Assembly (NCBI GenBank): GCA_030151635.1
Contig: JASLDF010000129.1
Coordinates: forward strand, 3,992-67,991
Length of the DNA: 64,000 nt
DNA from: Bacteroides sp.
GTDB taxonomy: Bacteria; Bacteroidota; Bacteroidia; Bacteroidales; Bacteroidaceae
Direction of reading: 5' to 3'
In this document: positions 1-9,704 of the stretch, piece by piece
Position numbering within the stretch: the first letter of the stretch is position 1
Layout of the letters: each line of letters opens with the position of its first letter
The notes under the pieces: model-generated
Seen by the model: only the letters and a program-made list of their open reading frames with translations
Database searches by the model: none
What the model was told of the DNA's origin: nothing
Translations under genes and position numbers: made by a program

Positions 1-2
1 TT

Positions 3-2960
3 CTCAACAAGGAGCAATCACTTATCCACGATGAAGTAAGCTATATTATGGAAGACCAATCAGGTGATATATGGTTTGCTACAACCAATGGCATTAGTGT
101 CTACAATCCTGCTACTAATAGGTGGAAAAATTACCTATCATCATATGATCCAAATATATCTACAAATTTTATCACCAACCACATGTTTATCTCACTAAGT
201 GAAGTAAAACCTAACATCATATGGGCTGGTGGCTATAATTCTGGAATTTATGAGATAAATAAGATAACCGGGAACGTAAAGCTAATCACAGAAAACTATG
301 CTTCTGATGAAGAGTTTCAACCAGATAGAAATATTAAAGCCATCTTTACTGCTTCCGACCATAGTATCTGGATTGGAGGACAATTTAACTTACGTCAAGT
401 CGACTATCAAACTAAAAATATACGTTTTTATAATGACTTGAGCCTTGTCACTTCAATTGAAGAGAAAGACAAATCAAATATTTGGGTAGGAACAGCAAAA
501 GGTTTATACCTACTAAACAAATTGAATGGTAAATCACATAGAATCCAATTGCCCAATCATGTATCACACATCAATTCACTAAGCCAAAGCAGTAATGGTG
601 ATTTATTTATAGGTACTAATGAAGGATTATTCATTTTATCGGCACTAGATGGTACTTTTAAACATTTTCATAAAGAAAATAGCCAAATTATATCTAATAA
701 TATTCGAACAATCATAAACGACAAAGAAGGTAAATATGTATACTTTACTTATGAGAAAGCAATTGGTCGAATCAATTTAGAAACTTCAAAAGCCCGTAAC
801 TGGACATCTGATCAAGGACTGCCTTTAAGCTCGTTCTCTCAAAACTGTGGCTTACAGCTTAAATCTGGATACTTTATCTTTGGAAGTGCAGACGGCGCAA
901 TCATGTTCAAACAGGACTATGAAATTCCTGAAGAATATAGAACAAAACTCGTATTCGAAGATTTGGAAGTTAATCAGAATAAAATAAGACCGAGTGGTGA
1001 TGATCATATTTTATCAACTACACTAGACAATACTTCTAAAATAAAACTGACTCACAATCAAAATAACTTTTCTATAAAAGTCGCCTCTATCAATTATAGA
1101 TACCCAAGTAATATTAGCTACTCATGGTTAATGGATGGGCTCTATGACGATTGGTCTCGACCATCAGATCAAAATAAATTTAACTTTACAAACTTATCAA
1201 CAGGAACTTATACATTTAAAGTTAAAGCCATATCTAACGAAGATAACTCAACACTAGAAGAGCGTACACTAACGATTGTAATAAACCCACCCTTTTGGTG
1301 GAGTATTTACGCGAAAATAATATATTTACTTTTACTAGGTATAGTAACATTCGTAACAATAAGAGTTCTTACTCGACGATACAGAAGACAAGTAGTAGAC
1401 AGTGCCAAACAATTTTACTATAACACAGCACATGATACGAAGACACCGCTTCAAATCATAAAAGAACCACTTCAAGAAATTATTGAAAAAGAAGAATTAT
1501 CTAAAGAAGGTGAACGAAATTTGCGTATTATACTTCGTAATGTAAATGAACTTCTAGCCATTAACAATAGTGTTATTAACTATGAAAGAATGGAGCAAAA
1601 TGAAAAGAAACTATTCCTATCAGAACACAGTTTAAGGAAGTTCGTGGAAAACATTATTGATCAATGTCAAAGCATAGCAGAACTTAAACAAATTGAAATA
1701 AAGCCAAACTATAGCATTGCAAATAAAGATGTAAAAGTATGGTTCGACAAGAAAAAAATCATCACGATTCTAACAACTTTGATCAATGATGCAACTAATA
1801 GAAGTGAAGATTTAAAAGAAATTACTGTTACATTAACCATGAATGCATTGACATGGAAGGTAGCAATTACGTACACTGGTGAACCTATTACGTCAGAGCA
1901 TCTTCGTTGCTTAGAGCAAGAAGACAGTATCAACGAAGCGATACACAATAACAGCTCAGATGGTGTAAATGAGATAGGGCTTTCATTAGCATGTAAACTA
2001 ATCCAAATTCATAAAGGCGAATTGAGTATTGAAACTAAGGAAGGCCTAAATACAATTACTGTCAACTTCCCTATTTATAGTGAAAACACAGGATCAGAGG
2101 CAATTACTGACAGCACTAGTATTACTGAATCCATAAAACAAGAAGTTCAGATACCTGTGACAAATATCAATACTCCAGAAGTGCTAAACCCATTCAAACC
2201 AACGGTTTTAATTGTTGAAGATGATGAAACTTTAATTCAAGAAATAGCATCAAACCTAAAAGACCAGTATAACATTAGCATTTCACATACAGGTAAAGAA
2301 GCCCTTGAAATTGCACAAAATGAACGACCAGAGATTATTATATCTAAGATGAGTTTAAGTGATATGAAGGGTACTGAGTTATCCTGGAGGATTAAAAGCA
2401 ATATTGAAACCTCGCATATTTTCGTAGTACTATTAACAGATAGTAACAACGAAAAGCATATTCTTAAGGGACTCGAAAATGGAGCCGATGAATTTATATT
2501 GAAGCCCTTTAATTACAGAATTCTAAAAGCTTCGATGGCCAATCTTTTGGCTAACAAAGAACGTTTGAAAGACAAGTTCGCTAATTTAGAATTACAAGAA
2601 CAAATGATGGACTGTGTACACTGTTCAACCAATTTAGATTGGAAGTTTATAGCTACAGTTAAAGAAGCAGTTGAAGAGCACATGGCCGACCCAGATTTCA
2701 ATATTGACAAGTTATGTTCCATCTTAAATATGAGTAGAACAAGCTTCTACAATAAATTAAAAGATCTAACGGATCAATCTCCATCAGATTTCATACGCTT
2801 CATTAAGCTAAAAAATGCAGCTAACCTACTTATCAGTACTGATAAAAACATTGCAGAAGTAGCAGAGATGACAGGTTTTAATGATCCAAAATACTTCCGT
2901 GAAGTATTTAAGAAACACTTCAATACAACACCTTCTAAATACGCAAAAGACAATAAATAA
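3..2960 (+). CDS. Hybrid two-component system protein (beta-propeller/Y_Y_Y sensor, TM helix, HisKA/HATPase-like, receiver-like, AraC HTH); 5' end lies outside the window
   Basis: Frame is open from nt 3. Shows propeller repeats (GDIWFATTNG, SIWIGG), Y_Y_Y (FTNLSTGTYTFKVKA), PPFWWS+TM, AHDTKTPL, a receiver-like block and an AraC HTH (GFNDPKYFREVFKKHF). Confidence 0.93.
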   Translation, partial: LNKEQSLIHDEVSYIMEDQSGDIWFATTNGISVYNPATNRWKNYLSSYDPNISTNFITNHMFISLSEVKPNIIWAGGYNSGIYEINKITGNVKLITENYASDEEFQPDRNIKAIFTASDHSIWIGGQFNLRQVDYQTKNIRFYNDLSLVTSIEEKDKSNIWVGTAKGLYLLNKLNGKSHRIQLPNHVSHINSLSQSSNGDLFIGTNEGLFILSALDGTFKHFHKENSQIISNNIRTIINDKEGKYVYFTYEKAIGRINLETSKARNWTSDQGLPLSSFSQNCGLQLKSGYFIFGSADGAIMFKQDYEIPEEYRTKLVFEDLEVNQNKIRPSGDDHILSTTLDNTSKIKLTHNQNNFSIKVASINYRYPSNISYSWLMDGLYDDWSRPSDQNKFNFTNLSTGTYTFKVKAISNEDNSTLEERTLTIVINPPFWWSIYAKIIYLLLLGIVTFVTIRVLTRRYRRQVVDSAKQFYYNTAHDTKTPLQIIKEPLQEIIEKEELSKEGERNLRIILRNVNELLAINNSVINYERMEQNEKKLFLSEHSLRKFVENIIDQCQSIAELKQIEIKPNYSIANKDVKVWFDKKKIITILTTLINDATNRSEDLKEITVTLTMNALTWKVAITYTGEPITSEHLRCLEQEDSINEAIHNNSSDGVNEIGLSLACKLIQIHKGELSIETKEGLNTITVNFPIYSENTGSEAITDSTSITESIKQEVQIPVTNINTPEVLNPFKPTVLIVEDDETLIQEIASNLKDQYNISISHTGKEALEIAQNERPEIIISKMSLSDMKGTELSWRIKSNIETSHIFVVLLTDSNNEKHILKGLENGADEFILKPFNYRILKASMANLLANKERLKDKFANLELQEQMMDCVHCSTNLDWKFIATVKEAVEEHMADPDFNIDKLCSILNMSRTSFYNKLKDLTDQSPSDFIRFIKLKNAANLLISTDKNIAEVAEMTGFNDPKYFREVFKKHFNTTPSKYAKDNK

Positions 2961-3511
2961 TGAATCCATATTTTCAACTGTTTAAAATATTCTTCAAGAT
3001 TGGTGCATTTACCATCGGTGGAGGGTATGCAATGGTTCCTATCATTGAAAATGAAATCGTCATTAAACGAAAATGGCTTAGTAATAAAGACTTTGTCGAT
3101 TTGCTCGCTGTAGCACAATCGGCTCCCGGTATCTTGGCTGTAAATATATCTATATTTATAGGCTACAAACTAAAAGGTTTAAAAGGTTCAATCGTATCAA
3201 CTTTAGGTTCGGTATTGCCTTCATTTCTAATTATATTAATGATAGCTATGTTTTTTGCTACGTTCAAAGATAACATCTATGTTGAGAAAGCCTTCAAAGG
3301 TATTCGTCCAGCAGTAGTAGCATTAATTGCCGCACCAACATTCAGCATGGCAAAGTCAGCTAAAATATCTAAATTCAATGTCTGGATTCCTATTGTTTCT
3401 GCATTACTAATTTGGCTTTTAGGAGTATCTCCAATCTACATCATTGCCATTGCAGGTATATCAGGATACGTATGGGGCACATATTTTAAGAAGAAAGGAG
3501 GCAAACAATGA
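2960..3511 (+). CDS. Short-chain chromate transporter (CHR family), subunit 1
   Basis: FFKIGAFTIGGGYAM and AQSAPG CHR motifs; hydrophobic; TAATG overlap with the HTCS stop. Confidence 0.92.
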   Translation: MNPYFQLFKIFFKIGAFTIGGGYAMVPIIENEIVIKRKWLSNKDFVDLLAVAQSAPGILAVNISIFIGYKLKGLKGSIVSTLGSVLPSFLIILMIAMFFATFKDNIYVEKAFKGIRPAVVALIAAPTFSMAKSAKISKFNVWIPIVSALLIWLLGVSPIYIIAIAGISGYVWGTYFKKKGGKQ

Positions 3512-4062
3512 TTTACTTAAATCTATTTTGGGTGTTCTTTAAAATCGGTCTATTTGGCTTCGGGGGTGGATATGCTATGCTATCCATGATTCAGGGAGAA
3601 GTAGTAACAAACTACAAGTGGTTATCATCACAGGAGTTCACAGACATCGTTGCAATTAGTCAAATGACTCCTGGTCCTATTGGTATTAATGCCGCAACCT
3701 ACGTTGGCTATACCGCATCTGGGGGAAGTATGTTTGGCTCAATTGTAGCTACTTTTGCAGTGGTATTCCCTTCGTTTATACTGATGATTTTGATTAGTAA
3801 GTTCTTTTTAAAGCACAGTCATCATCCTGCTGTAGAAGCTGTCTTTAGTGGACTTAGGCCTGCAGTTGTAGGATTGTTAGCTGCTGCAGCTTTGGTATTA
3901 ATGAATGCAGAGAACTTCTCTACTCCAACCGAAGATATGCGCACATTTGGAATTAGTATCGGAATATTCTGTACAGCCTTCTTCTTTTCTAGGTCCAAAT
4001 ACAAAATAAACCCTATACTACTCATCATATTATGTGGAGTAGCAGGGCTTATTTTATATTAA
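3508..4062 (+). CDS. Short-chain chromate transporter (CHR family), subunit 2
   Basis: FFKIGLFGFGGGYAM and SQMTPGPIGINAAT motifs; ATGA overlap with the previous gene. Confidence 0.92.
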   Translation: MIYLNLFWVFFKIGLFGFGGGYAMLSMIQGEVVTNYKWLSSQEFTDIVAISQMTPGPIGINAATYVGYTASGGSMFGSIVATFAVVFPSFILMILISKFFLKHSHHPAVEAVFSGLRPAVVGLLAAAALVLMNAENFSTPTEDMRTFGISIGIFCTAFFFSRSKYKINPILLIILCGVAGLILY

Positions 4063-4087
4063 AAAAATAATAAAGGTTAGGTTTTAA

Positions 4088-5593
4088 TTAAAGCTTAACC
4101 TTTGTTTTTTTGGCTTTTGACTCATTTTGTAGTCTATCTAATGCCGTTACAACATACGTATATTTTGTTATTCCTTTCTCATAAGGAAGCTTAAAGAATG
4201 TATTTGATGTTACAGCTACAATATGGCTTGGATCCTCAAGATTAATTCTCTCACCATTCTCAAATTTATATACGACATATCTGGCAGCCTCATCAAAAGC
4301 AGTTTTTGCTTTCGGAGCAGTCCAGAACAACATATAGCCATCGGCAGTCCACACTTTCTGAATTTTTCTAACAGCTTTGGGTGGTTGGTTATCCATAAAT
4401 TTAAACACTGGCACCAGTGCTTTATTCTTATGGTAATAATTAGCTAGAGCATCTTTATACTGACCTTCATTATTGACTAGAGATACAGCAGGCCACTGGC
4501 AACTTCCACCAATCGATTGGTAAGAACGTTGTAGTTTCATTTTAATAGGCAATTGGTTCGAATTTGGATTGTTAGGATCTGCATTCTGAACCGTGTTGGT
4601 AATAGACTGACCAATAAATAACGGACGGTTCGAGCTATTTTTAGCCCACCAGCTCACCAATGTTGCATAATCTGCTACAGGATGACCCACATGCCAATAA
4701 ATTTGAGGAATATTATAATCTACCCATCCTTTATTAACCCACAAAAGAACATCTGCAAAAAGATCATCATAGTTTTGAAGACCATTTGTTTTACTTCCCA
4801 ATGGGTCTGAAAATTCATTTCTATAAATTCCAAATGGACTTACACCAAATTTAACCCAAGGCTTAGTAGAACGAACTGTTTCGTGAATAGACTTTATCAG
4901 TAAGTTAACATTATCACGTCTCCAATCATTAACATTCGCATAACCTCTTCCGTAGCGAGCAAAACTAGCCCCATCGTTAAAAGTTACACCTCCAGATGGA
5001 TAAGGATAAAAATAATCATCCATATGTATTGCATCAACGTCATAACGAGTAATGATATCTTTTACAATGGTACAAATATGATCACGGTTAGCAGGAAGTG
5101 CTGGATCAAAGAACACTTGATTACCATAAGTGATAAAACGTTCTGGGTGTTTATTTACCATATGAGTTGAAGCTATTGGCTTCTTAGCATTAGCAACAGC
5201 ACGATAAGGATTAATCCATGCATGCAACTCCATACCTCTTCTGTGCGATTCATCGACCATAAATTTTAGAGGATCAAAACCATCTTTTGGACCCGAACCT
5301 TGCACACCTGAAAGGTATCTACTCCAAGGCTCTAAATCGGATTTATAAAAAGCATCACCTTCAGCTCTTACTTGGAAAATTACAGCGTTAATATTGGCCT
5401 CTTCCAATGCATCAAGTTGTTTCAACAACATCGCTTTTATCTCATTCGAAGATTTACCTTGAAATTGATTGTTGATAATGTGAATCCAAGCTCCTCTGAA
5501 CTCTCTCTTTGGGCTATTTTGCTTAGCCTCAACCGAAACTGATATGGAGCTAAGGACGAAAAATAGCATAAGCACTAACCTAATTTTTCTCAT
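4088..5593 (-). CDS. GHL10 (YddW/DUF187-type) glycoside hydrolase with signal peptide and C-terminal FN3-like domain
   Basis: REFRGAWI, FQVRAEGDAFY, ELHAWINPYR, YDVDAIHMDDYFY motifs. Confidence 0.9.
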   Translation of the reverse strand: MRKIRLVLMLFFVLSSISVSVEAKQNSPKREFRGAWIHIINNQFQGKSSNEIKAMLLKQLDALEEANINAVIFQVRAEGDAFYKSDLEPWSRYLSGVQGSGPKDGFDPLKFMVDESHRRGMELHAWINPYRAVANAKKPIASTHMVNKHPERFITYGNQVFFDPALPANRDHICTIVKDIITRYDVDAIHMDDYFYPYPSGGVTFNDGASFARYGRGYANVNDWRRDNVNLLIKSIHETVRSTKPWVKFGVSPFGIYRNEFSDPLGSKTNGLQNYDDLFADVLLWVNKGWVDYNIPQIYWHVGHPVADYATLVSWWAKNSSNRPLFIGQSITNTVQNADPNNPNSNQLPIKMKLQRSYQSIGGSCQWPAVSLVNNEGQYKDALANYYHKNKALVPVFKFMDNQPPKAVRKIQKVWTADGYMLFWTAPKAKTAFDEAARYVVYKFENGERINLEDPSHIVAVTSNTFFKLPYEKGITKYTYVVTALDRLQNESKAKKTKVKL

Positions 5594-5619
5594 CTTGTAC
5601 GTTTAATATAGTTTGATAG

Positions 5620-5627
5620 CAAATATA
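5620..5627 (-). promoter_or_regulatory. Bacteroidetes -7 promoter element for the GHL10 gene
   Basis: TATATTTG on the minus strand 26 nt upstream of the start codon; fits TAnnTTTG. Confidence 0.55.
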
Positions 5628-5756
5628 AACTTTTATTATGGGTTTACATTCAATATAAATAAACTGTTAATCAAAGTCACTTAAACAATAAAATGCAATG
5701 ATTGTTTTGATTAGGTAATATAGCTACATATATGTGCATAAAAATATTACAATGAT

Positions 5757-5764
5757 TAACTTTG
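5757..5764 (+). promoter_or_regulatory. Bacteroidetes -7 promoter element for uvrA
   Basis: TAACTTTG 25 nt upstream of the ATG. Confidence 0.6.
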
Positions 5765-5789
5765 TACCCTATTTCAAAATAAATTAAGG

Positions 5790-8561
5790 ATGACTGATCA
5801 AAATAACATAAATATAAAGGGAGCTCGTGTCAATAATCTAAAGAACATAGACATTGAGATACCAAGAAACAAATTTGTAGTTATAACTGGACTATCGGGT
5901 TCGGGCAAGTCTTCTCTTGCTTTTGATACTCTATATGCAGAAGGACAGCGTCGTTATGTAGAGAGTCTATCAAGTTATGCACGTCAGTTTCTGGGCCGTA
6001 TGAGTAAACCTGAGTGTGATTTTATCAAAGGAATCCCACCCGCTATTGCCATTGAGCAAAAAGTTAACAGCCGTAATCCAAGGTCAACAGTAGGTACATC
6101 TACAGAAATTTACGAGTACCTAAGACTTCTATTTGCACGTATTGGTAAAACTTTCAGTCCCATTAGTGGCACCGAAGTAAAAAAACACTCTGTTAAAGAT
6201 ATAGTTGACTGCATGACTTCATATCCTGAAGGTACCAAGTTTACAATCCTGACTCCTGTACTTATGCAAGAAGACCGTACGCTTGAACAACAACTTGAAA
6301 TAGATTTGAAGCAAGGTTTTAATCGTGTTGAAGTAAACAAAGAAATAGTTCGTATCGATGCCTACACTCCAAATGAAAAAGATGAAGTTTATCTTCTAAT
6401 TGATCGTATGAAAGTAGGTAGTGATAAAGACACATTAAGTAGATTAACCGACTCATCGGAAACAGCAATGTATGAAGGAGATGGAAACTGCACGCTACGT
6501 TTTTATCTACCATCGGGCGAAACCGACACACACACATTCAACAATGCTTTTGAGGCTGATGGCATTGTATTTGAAGAACCTACAGACCAAATGTTCTCAT
6601 TCAACTCTCCTGCTGGAGCTTGCCCAGAATGCGAAGGGTTTGGCAAAGTTATGGGAATAGATGAACAGTTAGTCATTCCTAATCAATCGCTATCCATCTA
6701 TGAAAATGCTGTTTTCTGTTGGAGAGGTGATAAAATGAAGGCCTGGAAAGACAAACTGATAACCAATGCAGAGCACTTTGGTTTTCCTATTTTCACTCCA
6801 TACTTCGAATTAACAAAGGCTCAAAAAGAAGTATTATGGAAAGGAAATCAATTCTTTGAAGGAATAGATGACTTTTTCCAAATGCTAAAAGAGAATCAGT
6901 ATAAAAAACAATATAGAATCATGTTGGCAAGATATCGTGGTAAAACGATTTGCCCTACATGTCATGGCACAAGACTTAAGCCCGAAGCTTCATACGTCAA
7001 AGTGAATGGAAAAGACATTACCTACTTAGTTGACTTACCCATTACTCAATTAAAAACCTTCTTTGATGAAATAGACTTGAGCGACTACGAAATGAGTATT
7101 GCTAAACGTATCTTAACCGAGATTACTAGCCGCATCCACTTCCTTATAGACGTAGGTCTTGGCTACCTAACACTAAATCGCTTAAGCAATAGCCTATCGG
7201 GTGGTGAGAGTCAACGTATCAACCTTGCTACCTCTTTAGGCAGTAGCTTGGTGGGTAGCTTGTATATTTTAGATGAACCTAGTATCGGGTTGCACAGTAG
7301 GGATACGGACAAGCTGATTAGTGTACTTGGACAATTGAAAGACTTAGGAAATACAGTTGTTGTGGTTGAGCACGATGAAGACATTATCCGCAAGGCAGAC
7401 TATATTATTGACATAGGTCCTAAAGCGGGCAGATTAGGTGGTGAGGTTGTGTACCAAGGCGACATGAATGACTTGCAAGCCAATAGTAACAGTTATACTG
7501 TAAAATACTTATTGGGAGAAGATAGTATTCCAGTGCCTGCGAAAAGGCGCAAATGGAACAATTTCATTGAAATTAAAGGAGCTAGAGCAAACAACCTAAA
7601 AAATGTAGATGTAAAGATCCCATTGAATGTCATGACCGTTGTAACAGGTGTATCGGGTTCGGGAAAAAGTACACTTATTAAAGACATCTTCTACTTGGCA
7701 CTTCAACGCGAACTAGATGAAGCTACAGAAAGACCAGGTGACTTTACCTCTATTTCGGGAGATTTCAAACTACTTAAACAGGTTGAATTTGTGGATCAAA
7801 ACCCTATTGGACGTTCATCACGTTCTAACCCTGCTACCTACATTAAAGCCTACGACGAAATTCGTAAATTATGGGCAAATCAACCTTTGTCTAAGCAGAT
7901 GATGTACAAACCTGGATTTTTCAGTTTCAATAGCGAAGGTGGACGTTGTGAAGAGTGTAAAGGAGATGGTACAATTACTGTCGAAATGCAATTTATGGCC
8001 GATTTAGTTCTGCAATGTGAATCTTGCCATGGCAAACGATTTAAAGAAGAAACTTTAGAAGTTAAGTTCCACGATAAATCTATATATGACATACTACAAA
8101 TGACCGTAGATGAAGCTATTGATTTCTTCTCTGAATTTAATGAAGCCAAAGTGGTCAAGAAGTTAAAATCATTACAAGATGTTGGCTTAGGCTACATTCG
8201 TTTGGGACAATCTTCTTCTACTCTTTCAGGAGGTGAGAACCAACGTGTTAAATTAGCTTCGTACTTAAGTCAAGAAAAAGCAGAAGCTACCCTATTCATT
8301 TTTGATGAGCCCACAACAGGACTTCACTTCCACGATATCAAGGTACTTTTAAAAGCCTTTGATGCACTTATTAGCCGTGGGCATAGCATTTTGATTATTG
8401 AACACAATATGGACGTCATTAAGTGTGCCGATCATATTATTGATTTAGGACCAGAAGGCGGAGAAAAAGGTGGATACATCATTGCTGAAGGTACTCCCGA
8501 GGATATTGCAAATTGCAAAGAAAGCTACACAGGTCAATTCCTACAAGAAAAATTGATTTAA
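5790..8561 (+). CDS. uvrA: Excinuclease ABC subunit A
   Basis: [28 protein letters not shown], two ABC modules (LSGGE twice) and CxxC zinc motifs. Confidence 0.98.
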   Translation: MTDQNNINIKGARVNNLKNIDIEIPRNKFVVITGLSGSGKSSLAFDTLYAEGQRRYVESLSSYARQFLGRMSKPECDFIKGIPPAIAIEQKVNSRNPRSTVGTSTEIYEYLRLLFARIGKTFSPISGTEVKKHSVKDIVDCMTSYPEGTKFTILTPVLMQEDRTLEQQLEIDLKQGFNRVEVNKEIVRIDAYTPNEKDEVYLLIDRMKVGSDKDTLSRLTDSSETAMYEGDGNCTLRFYLPSGETDTHTFNNAFEADGIVFEEPTDQMFSFNSPAGACPECEGFGKVMGIDEQLVIPNQSLSIYENAVFCWRGDKMKAWKDKLITNAEHFGFPIFTPYFELTKAQKEVLWKGNQFFEGIDDFFQMLKENQYKKQYRIMLARYRGKTICPTCHGTRLKPEASYVKVNGKDITYLVDLPITQLKTFFDEIDLSDYEMSIAKRILTEITSRIHFLIDVGLGYLTLNRLSNSLSGGESQRINLATSLGSSLVGSLYILDEPSIGLHSRDTDKLISVLGQLKDLGNTVVVVEHDEDIIRKADYIIDIGPKAGRLGGEVVYQGDMNDLQANSNSYTVKYLLGEDSIPVPAKRRKWNNFIEIKGARANNLKNVDVKIPLNVMTVVTGVSGSGKSTLIKDIFYLALQRELDEATERPGDFTSISGDFKLLKQVEFVDQNPIGRSSRSNPATYIKAYDEIRKLWANQPLSKQMMYKPGFFSFNSEGGRCEECKGDGTITVEMQFMADLVLQCESCHGKRFKEETLEVKFHDKSIYDILQMTVDEAIDFFSEFNEAKVVKKLKSLQDVGLGYIRLGQSSSTLSGGENQRVKLASYLSQEKAEATLFIFDEPTTGLHFHDIKVLLKAFDALISRGHSILIIEHNMDVIKCADHIIDLGPEGGEKGGYIIAEGTPEDIANCKESYTGQFLQEKLI

Positions 8562-8580
8562 CTAGAATCTAGTTAGTAAT

Positions 8581-8615
8581 AAAAAAGCAGTGAGAATCTT
8601 CTCACTGCTTTTTTT
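8581..8615. terminator. Bidirectional intrinsic terminator after uvrA
   Basis: AAAAAAGCAGTGAGA-ATCT-TCTCACTGCTTTTTTT. Confidence 0.85.
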
Positions 8616-8662
8616 GTACCAATCTCCCAATGAATTACAAAGGAACATCAGACTTCTTTTTC

Positions 8663-8753
8663 TACCTCCCAGACATGACAGAGTCGTCTTAGTAAGAAGA
8701 CTCTCTTATGTCTGGGAGGTAACTCACGCTTGTCAGGGAGGTGAAAACTCCTG
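8663..8753. repeat. Intergenic 28-bp-stem hairpin plus third copy of a TGTC(T/A)GGGAGGT motif; candidate ncRNA or REP/MITE-like element
   Basis: 8663-8676 and 8708-8721 are perfect 14-bp inverted repeats; the stem extends to 28 bp with 2 mismatches and 1 G-U. A third motif copy lies at 8731-8742. The structure is directly visible; its function is unknown. Confidence 0.6.
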
Positions 8754-8789
8754 CTATAAACACCCTATAAGCTATGTTCAAAATTCAAC

Positions 8790-8827
8790 AAAAACGGGGT
8801 GTATCAATTAAGACACACCCCGTTTTT
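8790..8827 (-). terminator. Intrinsic terminator of the OMP gene
   Basis: AAAAACGGGGTGT...ACACCCCGTTTTT just past the OMP stop. Confidence 0.8.
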
Positions 8828-8847
8828 AATATTATATAGTCTAAGAA

Positions 8848-9351
8848 CTAGAAGTAGAAAGAGAATCCTACTTTAAGACCAAATCTAGACCAATCACTGT
8901 CTTTTACAGAAATATTGTAATACAATGCAGGCTCAATAGCAATAGTTTTACTCAAGAAGAATGAGTAACCAGCCTCTAGAACAAATGCAAAGTCTGTACT
9001 GTCATCACCAATGTTTGGTTGTACATTTCTAACTAAAACACCACCACCTGCAAATAAACCAATGTTATCAAAGTAGTATCTAGCTTTAGCACCAATTGAA
9101 TAAAAATCAACAGGTTTAGACCAGTCACCACCCAGAGTTCCCAAAATAGCCAGGTTATCCATGATCATGTAACCACCTTCACCCGTAAATCCAAAGTGAT
9201 TGCGAGAACCAAATTCATTCGATTTTCCACCACCAAAAGATAAATCTAAACCAGTTGCCGATGTATTAATTAACCAAGTACCTTTTTCAGTTTTAGCATT
9301 CGCTGCAATTGTTGCACATAGGAATGCAAATACAAATAAAATTTTCTTCAT
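8848..9351 (-). CDS. Small outer-membrane beta-barrel protein (OMP_b-brl-like)
   Basis: Signal peptide (AANA|K), alternating beta-strands, terminal FGLKVGFSFYF beta-signal. Confidence 0.85.
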   Translation of the reverse strand: MKKILFVFAFLCATIAANAKTEKGTWLINTSATGLDLSFGGGKSNEFGSRNHFGFTGEGGYMIMDNLAILGTLGGDWSKPVDFYSIGAKARYYFDNIGLFAGGGVLVRNVQPNIGDDSTDFAFVLEAGYSFFLSKTIAIEPALYYNISVKDSDWSRFGLKVGFSFYF

Positions 9352-9354
9352 AAT

Positions 9355-9585
9355 TCAGTTTTTGTTGTTTTGAGTTGTATCCTTCTCTCGCTGCGCAGCA
9401 TATTTTTCTTTTCTTCTCAATACAAACCACAACACCCCAATTATTGCATAAGAAAATACAATCGTTAAGACGCGTTCAGTTGTCATTGGTTCGGATGAAA
9501 ACAAAATAAAATAAAGGGCTACTAGTGTTGTATATACTAATAAAGCACTTGTTATTACTGTTGATTTCCTTCTTTTTGTAAACAT
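9355..9585 (-). CDS. Small two-TM hypothetical membrane protein
   Basis: Two hydrophobic helices with a basic tail. ATG at 9585 is preferred because a -7 element overlaps the longer start at 9618. Confidence 0.7.
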   Translation of the reverse strand: MFTKRRKSTVITSALLVYTTLVALYFILFSSEPMTTERVLTIVFSYAIIGVLWFVLRRKEKYAAQREKDTTQNNKN

Positions 9586-9617
9586 ACTACTGCGATTAAA
9601 TAATGATACTATGCTCA

Positions 9618-9625
9618 CAAATATA
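9618..9625 (-). promoter_or_regulatory. -7 promoter element for the membrane protein/OMP pair
   Basis: TATATTTG on the minus strand. Confidence 0.55.
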
Positions 9626-9676
9626 CAAACCTTTCACATAATTTGACAGAATAAGTGAATTTTGTAACAAACTTAT

Positions 9677-9684
9677 TATATTTG
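9677..9684 (+). promoter_or_regulatory. -7 promoter element for the second GHL10 gene
   Basis: TATATTTG 20 nt upstream of the ATG. Confidence 0.6.
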
Positions 9685-9704
9685 AATTCACTAAAATCGC
9701 TAAA

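Noticed and set aside
8731..8756. GAAA-capped hairpin resembling SRP RNA domain IV or group II intron domain V
   Set aside because: It lacks the SRP CAGG...GGAA...AGCAG internal-loop consensus and the domain V catalytic triad and geometry; no reverse transcriptase is nearby.
8590..8811. 73-aa + strand ORF in the uvrA-OMP gap
   Set aside because: It starts inside the uvrA terminator, runs through the hairpin into the next terminator and has no recognisable protein features.
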